Source: Oscillospiraceae bacterium (GTDB taxonomy: Bacteria > Bacillota > Clostridia > Oscillospirales > CAG-272). Taken from it: a stretch of 50,564 nt of DNA. The notes beneath the pieces are model-generated. The model saw only the letters and a list, made by a program, of their open reading frames with translations. It did not search any database and had not been told where the DNA came from. The DNA is taken from contig SVTZ01000002.1 in the NCBI GenBank assembly GCA_015063525.1, positions 1 through 50,564 of the forward strand, written 5' to 3'. Shown one piece after another: positions 8,482 to 15,281 of this stretch. How positions within the stretch are numbered: the first letter of the stretch is position 1; the number at the start of each line of letters is the position of its first letter. The translations under genes and the position numbers were made by a program.

Positions 8482-11283
8482 ATGAAACGCGATAACAAAA
8501 ATATTCTCAGTGTTATTCTGCTAATATCTCTTCTCGTATATGCTTTGCCGTTTACGGCGGTTGGCGCATCGGCATCTTCGGGATCGGGTATTATTGATGC
8601 TTCAGGCTGGCTAGAGTCGGCTTATGCGGAGTGGGCCCCTGTTAGCGGAGCTGACGGCTACAATGCTTACGTTGCGGGCAGCGACTCGTCCGTTTGGACA
8701 AAGATCGACAGTGCCCTTATCCGAGATTATTCGAGCTACTACCGCGTTGACGCTCTTGGTCTTAAGGCCGGTAGCTATCAGATCAAAATAATTCCCACAT
8801 CCGGCGGCGCAGAGCTTTCCGACAAGGCGCTTACCACCGAGACGCTTGTCGTTTCTCCTTACGATCGCTCTGGCTATGCACACTTTAATTACACCGACGG
8901 TGTCGGCGCGTATAACGACGACGGAACCTTGAAGGAAGGCGCAATAATCCTCTATGTTACCGAGGATAACAAGAATACTGTTTCGGTTACCTCCAAGGAC
9001 GGAACTACCGTTACCGGTATAGGAAATATTCTTAACTCGGTAGGCCAGGACGTTGGCGGAGGCAAGACCTCTAAGGGGGGCATCGCAAACTCTAATTCGG
9101 ATATTATCCGCAAGCTTGCTAATGACGGAACTCCTCTTGTGGTCCGTATTATCGGCAACGTTACCGCGCCCGACGGACTTACCGCCTTCAACTCTGTTAA
9201 TTACGGTGGATCTACCGGCGACAACGGCTATATGGCGAGAATGTCCGGCGGTAAGAATATCACTATCGAGGGCGTCGGCTTTGACGCGGCTATCAACGGC
9301 TGGGGTCTGCACTTTATCTGCCAGACCGCAGATTATAAGAACGGAATAGGCAAGAGCTTTGAGGTCCGTAATATTGCCTTCAGGAACGTTCCCGAGGATT
9401 GCGTTGGTATGGAGGGTCAGCAGGAGGGCTCTACCCTTACTGCACCCGTTGAGCGTTGTTGGATCCACCATTGCTCTTTCTACGCCCCCAAGATAGCAAA
9501 TCCTGCGGAGAGTGATAAAGATGGCGGTGACGGCGCTTGCGACTTCAAGCGAGGTCAGTATTTCACTAACGCATATTGCCTTTACGAGGGATATCACAAG
9601 ACAAATCTTATTGGCTCCGGAGATGATTCGCTGCAGTATCACATAACCTATCACCATAACTATTGGAGAAACTGCGAGTCTCGCGGACCTCTTGCACGTC
9701 AGGCGAATATTCATATGTATAACAACATCTTTGAGGGGCAAACCTCTTATTGTATGAGCATTCGCGCAAATGCGTATATATTCTCTGAATACAATATGTT
9801 CTTTAATTCAAAGAAGGTAAGTGAAAATAGAAATGGCGGTGTTTGCAAGAGCTATAACAACAGCTTCGTTTCATGCTCCGGGGCAGACGCCTCTGATATT
9901 ATCTACGTTGCTGACAGAGATGCTACCGTTTCATCGTCTTGCAAGTACGCAAACTTTGATACCAATTCCGCGCTCAGCTATATTCCCTCCGGAGATTACG
10001 TTCTCCAGGAGAGTATCTCCGAGATGAAGGCTGTCGTTATGGCCGAAGCCGGCACTCAAAAGGAGAATATTGTCACTCCCGATGAGGTAAACACCTCGGT
10101 TATTCCTGCAGCACTGTATCCCACCGCGGCAGTCGTTCTTGACTATTCCAAAAATCTTAACAAGAGCTATATCTCCTCTGCCGGCACATACGACAATATT
10201 GTTTTCAGCGTTTCTAAGTTCTTGGGTGATTACATAAGCCTTGGCGGTAATTCAACTCCTTGCAATATCGTGTTCTATGCAGATACCTCAGTTAATGTTA
10301 CGGTTACTCAGTATAGCGACAGCGCAAATGACGTGATTCTCTGTAGCGCTGTTGGCGAGTGCATTATGGTCGGCGGCGGAACAGCGGAAAATTTGCCATC
10401 GGGTTATTACTTTATCCAATCGAATAGCTATGACGTGGGTGAGGGCAAATATAAAGAGGCCAAGATCTCCGGCTTGACTATTACTGCCGTTGATCCTAAT
10501 GCTTCTACCAATCCCATTCCCACGCCTCCCTCTGTGACAGATCCCGATAACGGCGGTAATGCCGGTGGCGGTTCGACAATTTTGCCGGCAGGCGCATATA
10601 TGCACAGCTTTACCGAAAACGGTCTTACCGATCCTTCCGGATTCTTCAGCTTCTTCGATGCTAATCTTTCCGATTCGAAGGGAACGGTTGAATATAACGG
10701 TCTAACTCTTGATGTTTGCCTTAAGATCGAGAGCAAAACCAACATAAGCCTTACTGCTCCTGAAAGAGGAACTCTCCTTCTCGTCTTTGGCGGCTCGACC
10801 AATGCATCCGGCAAGCAGATTAAGATCGATGGCACGTCCACCGATATTGATTCCACCCAGATTCTTTCGGTAAGCGTTGAGGCGGGAGTCCACACTGTTA
10901 CAAAGGATGATTCTATCTTCCTCTACTATATCGCATACTTCTCCGAGTCTCAGGAAGAGCATACTCATGATTACTTCGAGGAGGAAATTGTTGCGGCAAC
11001 CTGCACTGAGGCAGGACTTCACACATTCGTTTGTGCGTGCGGTGACAGCTACACTGAGGAGATCGCTGCAAAGGGGCACGACTTCGAGGATGGTTTCTGC
11101 GTTGATTGCGGAATAAATGATCCCGACGGCGGCGAGAACGGCGAGGATGATCCCATATCTCCCGATGAAGGCGAAACAGAAATCGAAGCTCCCGACGAGC
11201 CCGAGGAAGAGCTTAACTTCTTTGAGCGAATTTGGAAGGCGATCGTAGATTTCTTCAAGAAACTTTTCGGAATAAAAGATTAA
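8482..11283 (+). CDS. Secreted multidomain pectate lyase (PL1-type parallel beta-helix) with C-terminal Cys/His module, acidic linker and amphipathic tail
   Basis: Signal peptide (..ALPFTAVGASA). PL1 signature blocks WIHHCSF, DGGDGACDFKRG, KTNLIGSGDD, ITYHHNYWRNCESRGPLARQANIHMYNN. GGAGG RBS. Confidence 0.75.
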   Translation: MKRDNKNILSVILLISLLVYALPFTAVGASASSGSGIIDASGWLESAYAEWAPVSGADGYNAYVAGSDSSVWTKIDSALIRDYSSYYRVDALGLKAGSYQIKIIPTSGGAELSDKALTTETLVVSPYDRSGYAHFNYTDGVGAYNDDGTLKEGAIILYVTEDNKNTVSVTSKDGTTVTGIGNILNSVGQDVGGGKTSKGGIANSNSDIIRKLANDGTPLVVRIIGNVTAPDGLTAFNSVNYGGSTGDNGYMARMSGGKNITIEGVGFDAAINGWGLHFICQTADYKNGIGKSFEVRNIAFRNVPEDCVGMEGQQEGSTLTAPVERCWIHHCSFYAPKIANPAESDKDGGDGACDFKRGQYFTNAYCLYEGYHKTNLIGSGDDSLQYHITYHHNYWRNCESRGPLARQANIHMYNNIFEGQTSYCMSIRANAYIFSEYNMFFNSKKVSENRNGGVCKSYNNSFVSCSGADASDIIYVADRDATVSSSCKYANFDTNSALSYIPSGDYVLQESISEMKAVVMAEAGTQKENIVTPDEVNTSVIPAALYPTAAVVLDYSKNLNKSYISSAGTYDNIVFSVSKFLGDYISLGGNSTPCNIVFYADTSVNVTVTQYSDSANDVILCSAVGECIMVGGGTAENLPSGYYFIQSNSYDVGEGKYKEAKISGLTITAVDPNASTNPIPTPPSVTDPDNGGNAGGGSTILPAGAYMHSFTENGLTDPSGFFSFFDANLSDSKGTVEYNGLTLDVCLKIESKTNISLTAPERGTLLLVFGGSTNASGKQIKIDGTSTDIDSTQILSVSVEAGVHTVTKDDSIFLYYIAYFSESQEEHTHDYFEEEIVAATCTEAGLHTFVCACGDSYTEEIAAKGHDFEDGFCVDCGINDPDGGENGEDDPISPDEGETEIEAPDEPEEELNFFERIWKAIVDFFKKLFGIKD

Positions 11284-11293
11284 ATAATATTTA

Positions 11294-11324
11294 GCGGCAG
11301 GTGAAAACCTGCCGCGTTCTTTTG
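11294..11324 (+). terminator. Rho-independent terminator of the pectate lyase gene
   Basis: gcggcagg / cctgccgc 8-bp stem, loop tgaaaa, followed by gttctttt. Confidence 0.7.
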
Positions 11325-11421
11325 CTATAAGCGCTTTGTGACCTTGTCACGGAAAGTCTCCCTTTATTTTGCTATAATGTAGTCAGAAAAAACAAAAACA
11401 CAAAATGAAAAGGAGAAAAAT

Positions 11422-11730
11422 ATGTCAGCATTAAGACTTAATAAAGAAAACTTTGATAAGGCAAGAAAAAATGAGGGAATAGCGCTTCTTGATTTCTATG
11501 CAGAATGGTGCGGCCCATGCCGTATGGTACTTCCCATAGTTGATGAGATCGCTGAGGAAAGATCAGACCTTATGGTCGCGAAGATAAACGTGGAGGAAAG
11601 TCCCGAGCTTGCCCGTGAGTTTGGCGTGCTCAGCATTCCGACTCTCATAGTTATGAAAAACGGCGAAATAATAAACCGCGTAAGCGGAGCGAGGAGCAAG
11701 GAAAAAATCCTTGAAATGCTGGTCGTGTAA
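11422..11730 (+). CDS. trxA: Thioredoxin
   Basis: 102 aa with the WCGPC active site and thioredoxin fold motifs (SIPTLIVMKNGE). AGGAG RBS. A TGcTATAAT extended -10 lies at 11370-11378. Confidence 0.9.
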   Translation: MSALRLNKENFDKARKNEGIALLDFYAEWCGPCRMVLPIVDEIAEERSDLMVAKINVEESPELAREFGVLSIPTLIVMKNGEIINRVSGARSKEKILEMLVV

Positions 11731-11748
11731 GTTAAAAGGACAATTATT

Positions 11749-11775
11749 GTAGGGGCGAGCGATGCTCGCCCCTAC
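11749..11775. repeat. GC-rich palindromic (REP-like) element, intact copy; likely also serves as the trxA terminator
   Basis: gtaggggcgagc-gat-gctcgcccctac, a perfect 12-bp stem followed by gatttt. Two decayed copies of the same left arm occur at 41561-41582 and 41663-41685. Confidence 0.6.
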
Positions 11776-11886
11776 GATTTTGAAGCTCAAGAGAGTTATT
11801 TAGACAAATATTACCAAAGAATGAGTAAAATGTATCAAAAGTCCTCGAAAAATAAAGAAATATTTAGTAATTTTTAAATAAATGTA

Positions 11887-11915
11887 TTGACATTACTTTA
11901 TTTAAATGGTATAAT
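11887..11915 (+). promoter_or_regulatory. Perfect-consensus sigma-A promoter of the 12022-16466 operon
   Basis: TTGACA (11887-11892), exactly 17 nt, TATAAT (11910-11915), within an AT-rich region; about 100-nt leader. Confidence 0.65.
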
Positions 11916-12021
11916 TAGCCTGATAAAAAATGTTAATTTTTCTTAAAATTTTACATTTTTCACGGCTTTTGCTCCAAAATATGGAATAAAAGCACGACAA
12001 ATTTGAAAGGACTAAATTAAA

Positions 12022-13611
12022 ATGAATGCAAAAATTCGTATTTTAAGTCTCCTTGTAGCGGCAGTTATGATCTTCGGCTGCCTTCCCATGACCGCTTTTG
12101 CGACCGGTGATGAGGCAGAGGCGTTGCTTCAATCTGCAGAACACTTTGATAAAGATTGTGACTATGCCTGCGATAATTGCGGCAATGCTTTAGCTCTTAC
12201 TTTTGATGACTATGTAACCGATGGTGAAGCCGGAGAAGAGAGATATTCTTCTAATGGTTATGTTAGCTTTACAAACATTGCAGCAACGAGTGGTACTAGC
12301 TACTCGGATGCAAGAGACTATGTATTAAAGAGTACTGCTCGTCCCGAAGGTCATACCAAGGGTACATGGCTCTATCTTGGAGCAAATCCTGCTGATGCAA
12401 ATGATACTGTTCTTGTTTCAAACTCTGTAAGCGCCAGTAGTATGACTGATGATGCAATATCCGACGTTAATTTCACTCCTATTGTTCAAGATGAAAAAGG
12501 AGAATTGGTAGTTCTTGAGTTCGATTACCGTATTGACGGTGGTGCGGCGAGCAAAAATACATTCAAATTCGTGTATAATCATGAAGATGACACTGTTACC
12601 AGAGCTAACGGAACATATACATCTGCAGCAGATGGAGTATCGTATATCAGACTTGTTGCTGATGAAAAAGGTGTTTACAAGTTCACCTATAAAACTTGGG
12701 TAAGAATTAGACTTGTATGTAATGATGAAACACAAAATATTTACACTTATCTTTCGACAGATGGTGGAAATACATACGTACAGTGTAGCACAATCGGAGA
12801 CTACAAAACCAATAGCCCGATAACTTCTCTGGGTTTAACATACATTGGCTATGGTGTAAATTCCACTCAGTATTATGATAACATCGTATGTGTAAGAACA
12901 TCTCAGGAATATCTTGATCTTCCAGAGAGTGAATATGCTTGTGAAGAAATTTGCTCCTTCGCAGACGCTATTGCAAATGCTTCCGAAGGTGACGCTGTTT
13001 CTCTTCTTGCAGACGTGGATGCTTCCGGTTATGTTTCCGTAAAGGGTGGCGTTACCCTTGACCTTAACGGTCACAACCTTACTGCTGACGGTATTGCTCT
13101 TTACGGCGATGCTAACGTTATTGACAGCGCGGAGACTAAAGGCTCTCTTGTGGTTCCTGAGGGTAATTTCGCAGCGGCTGCTACAGCAACCGGTGCACTG
13201 CCTGTGTGGAATGGCTCGGCTTACGTTCTTGCTGATGTAACTGCTAACAATCAGCTTACGGACAATGGCGATGGTAGCTTTAAGGTGCTCTTCAAGCCCG
13301 GTTTTACCGGTATTGATGCTGCAACATTGTTCGCTGACGGCGCTGCTGATAACGGACTTCACTGGGCAGTTGAGATTGACTGCATTAAGGAAGGCGCGGT
13401 TGTACAGACCATCCGCTTTGATGTAGCTAATGAAGGTGAAGCGGGCTCCGGAGCTATTGGCAGTGTATACGGAACAGAGAATGCTATAAGCCTTACCGTA
13501 GGCGGCGCAACCAACTTCGAGAGCTATAGTATTAGAATGGTTATTGAGGCCGATTGCGGCATTACTTATTCCGAGGTAATGTGTGTTTATCCCGTTGTAT
13601 CGGCGGAGTAA
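12022..13611 (+). CDS. Secreted protein of unknown function with an N-terminal D-x-x-C-D-N-C-G Cys module; first gene of the RiPP-like operon
   Basis: Signal peptide (..CLPMTAFA|TGDE), then HFDKDCDYACDNCGNAL. No recognisable catalytic motif. AAAGGA RBS. Stops 14 nt before the small-peptide ORF, with no terminator between them. Confidence 0.55.
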   Translation: MNAKIRILSLLVAAVMIFGCLPMTAFATGDEAEALLQSAEHFDKDCDYACDNCGNALALTFDDYVTDGEAGEERYSSNGYVSFTNIAATSGTSYSDARDYVLKSTARPEGHTKGTWLYLGANPADANDTVLVSNSVSASSMTDDAISDVNFTPIVQDEKGELVVLEFDYRIDGGAASKNTFKFVYNHEDDTVTRANGTYTSAADGVSYIRLVADEKGVYKFTYKTWVRIRLVCNDETQNIYTYLSTDGGNTYVQCSTIGDYKTNSPITSLGLTYIGYGVNSTQYYDNIVCVRTSQEYLDLPESEYACEEICSFADAIANASEGDAVSLLADVDASGYVSVKGGVTLDLNGHNLTADGIALYGDANVIDSAETKGSLVVPEGNFAAAATATGALPVWNGSAYVLADVTANNQLTDNGDGSFKVLFKPGFTGIDAATLFADGAADNGLHWAVEIDCIKEGAVVQTIRFDVANEGEAGSGAIGSVYGTENAISLTVGGATNFESYSIRMVIEADCGITYSEVMCVYPVVSAE

Positions 13612-13625
13612 TTAAGGAGGAAAAA

Positions 13626-13754
13626 ATGAAGAAAGAATATATTAAGCCCGAAGCAGAGTATATCAGCTTCTACTCCGAGGAAGAAATTACCGCTGATGTT
13701 GACACAGGTCTCTCTGGCTCCTTTGGTGAGGAACCGGCTCCCGGAGACTGGTGA
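13626..13754 (+). CDS. 42-aa acidic peptide; candidate RiPP precursor (MKKEYIKPEAEYISFYSEEEITADVDTGLSGSFGEEPAPGDW)
   Basis: The ATG is preceded by AAGGAGG with a 6-nt spacer. Its TGA stop overlaps the next gene's ATG (TGATG). It has a Y-x-x-P motif near the N-terminus. The ORF-track entry 13554-13754 includes an unlikely N-terminal extension. Confidence 0.6.
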   Translation: MKKEYIKPEAEYISFYSEEEITADVDTGLSGSFGEEPAPGDW

Positions 13755-14470
13755 TGCTCTGCAAGATAGCAGACCTATTCGTTGAAATATCCGAGGCGGG
13801 GGGCATTGCCCCCCGCTGTGTGAATTATATGGCGGATTGCGCGGTCGATGTCGATATTATAATTGATAAAGAACTCTACAAGCCCGAAAGATGGAAGGGC
13901 CTCTCCTACGAGCAGGCTGTTTATATGGACTCGGGCTTGATATTTTATGCCGAGCTTCTTAAGTTCGGCGGTATGATGTTACATGCATCGGCGGTGGAGC
14001 TTGATGGCAAGGCATATCTTTTCTCCGGTCCCTCGGGTATGGGAAAATCCACACACGCCCGTCTTTGGCAGCAGAGCTTTCCCGGGGCGAGGGTGTTTAA
14101 TGATGATAAGCCCGCCCTTCGAAAGCTTGACGGTGTATGGTACGCCTACGGTACTCCTTGGTGCGGTAAGGACGGCATTAATATTAATTTAAAGGTACCG
14201 CTTGAAGGTATCTGCTTCTTAAGACGTGGCGAGAAGAACGAAATTCGCCGCCTTTCGCCATTAGAGGCCGCGTCTGCAATTATAAGCCAGACCTTAAGGC
14301 GGTTTTCAAGCACGAAGGGCCTTGCGCTTATGACCGACACGGTGGACAGCCTTACTCGTGATATTCCGGTGTTCGAGCTTCGCTGCCGACCTGATACCGA
14401 GGCGGCTATTATGAGCTACAAGGCGTTAAACAAAAGCAGCAGAGAGGTAAAAAATGAAGATAAAAAGTAA
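13754..14470 (+). CDS. HPr-kinase-C-terminal-domain-like (HprK-related) putative peptide serine kinase
   Basis: LHASAVELDGKAYLFSGPSGMGKSTHARLW...FNDDKP matches the HprK C-domain P-loop (G-x-S-G-x-GKS) and the downstream DD motif. ATG at 13754 (or GTG at 13751) is translationally coupled to the peptide ORF. Confidence 0.7.
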   Translation: MLCKIADLFVEISEAGGIAPRCVNYMADCAVDVDIIIDKELYKPERWKGLSYEQAVYMDSGLIFYAELLKFGGMMLHASAVELDGKAYLFSGPSGMGKSTHARLWQQSFPGARVFNDDKPALRKLDGVWYAYGTPWCGKDGININLKVPLEGICFLRRGEKNEIRRLSPLEAASAIISQTLRRFSSTKGLALMTDTVDSLTRDIPVFELRCRPDTEAAIMSYKALNKSSREVKNEDKK

Positions 14471-14720
14471 TTTCACTCTTAGAAATATAGCGGACACTTG
14501 GGTGGCGCTTCCCCTTGGCGAGGCGGCGGTTGACTTCACCGGTATGCTGACTCTTAACGAGTCGGGCGTTATGCTCTGGCGCTTACTTGAGGGCGGCTCA
14601 ACCCGTGAGGAGATGGCCGACGCGCTTCTTAAAGAGTACGAGGTTTCATACAATGAGGCGCTTGCTGACGTTGATGCGTTTATCGCAAGGCTGAATGACG
14701 CAGGCTGTATAGATGCCTAA
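14454..14720 (+). CDS. PqqD-family protein (RiPP recognition element / peptide chaperone)
   Basis: 88 aa. The pattern ..FTLRNIADTWVALPL...LTLNESGVMLWRLLEGGSTREEMADALLKEYEVSYNEALADVDAFIARL is the classic PqqD/RRE winged-helix pattern. Overlaps the preceding gene by 17 nt; GAGG RBS. Confidence 0.85.
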   Translation: MKIKSNFTLRNIADTWVALPLGEAAVDFTGMLTLNESGVMLWRLLEGGSTREEMADALLKEYEVSYNEALADVDAFIARLNDAGCIDA

Positions 14721-14728
14721 TCGTTCAG

Positions 14729-14753
14729 GAGTTCGGCAGGCGCCGAATTCTTT
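14729..14753 (+). other. Intra-operon hairpin followed by TTT (possible partial terminator or processing site)
   Basis: gagttcggc / gccgaattc 9-bp stem (one G-U pair), loop aggc, then ttt. Lies between the PqqD and peptidase genes. Confidence 0.35.
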
Positions 14754-14780
14754 GACTAAAAAATAGGAGAGGTAGCTTTT

Positions 14781-15248
14781 ATGAATAAGAGAGAATCGGT
14801 TTTTGTAAATATGTCCTCTCTTGCCTCTGTTATCGAGGAGAAGATCTCCGACGGCGGATCGGTCGAGCTTTCTATAAGAGGGGTCAGTATGCGTCCGCTT
14901 CTGCGAGAGGGAAAGGACAGCGTTGTTCTCTCGCCTCTTATGGGGAGGTTAAAAAAAGGCGATATTGCCCTTTTTCGAAGGAATAACGGCGCATATGTGC
15001 TTCATCGCGTCGCAAAGGTAGCTGACAGCAGATACAGCTTTGTCGGAGATAATCAGTACTTCCTTGAGCCCGTCATCGACGCTCAGATCATTGCCGTTGT
15101 CAGCGCGATCAGACGTGACGGCAGGTTGTTTGAATGCGGGAATTTTGCCTATCGCGTCTACGCATTCCTTTGGCAGACCTCGCGGCCGCTTCGTTTTCTT
15201 TTATTCCGCATTCTAAGAAAGCTAAAGAAAATTTTAAAAATCGCATAA
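14781..15248 (+). CDS. S24/S26-family serine peptidase, SipW/archaeal-type Ser-His variant, no N-terminal TM anchor
   Basis: GVSMRPLL (nucleophile Ser box), GDIALF and YVLHRV (His in place of the usual Lys of K-R-V) resemble ER/SipW-type signal peptidase boxes. No hydrophobic N-terminus. GGAGAGG RBS. Confidence 0.65.
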   Translation: MNKRESVFVNMSSLASVIEEKISDGGSVELSIRGVSMRPLLREGKDSVVLSPLMGRLKKGDIALFRRNNGAYVLHRVAKVADSRYSFVGDNQYFLEPVIDAQIIAVVSAIRRDGRLFECGNFAYRVYAFLWQTSRPLRFLLFRILRKLKKILKIA

Positions 15249-15281
15249 TTCCGATAAAAACAAAAAAGGAGAACGTCTGCC

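Noticed and set aside
8611-9741. Long antisense ORFs in the track (for example 8611-9741 minus, 7401-8177 plus, 17691-18935 plus, 28124-29569 plus, 29973-31268 plus, 40860-41465 minus, 44787-45536 plus).
   Set aside because: Each lies entirely opposite a CDS with clear family motifs. They have low-complexity or Arg/Ser/Val-rich composition, no RBS and no recognisable motifs, so they are shadow ORFs of the real genes.
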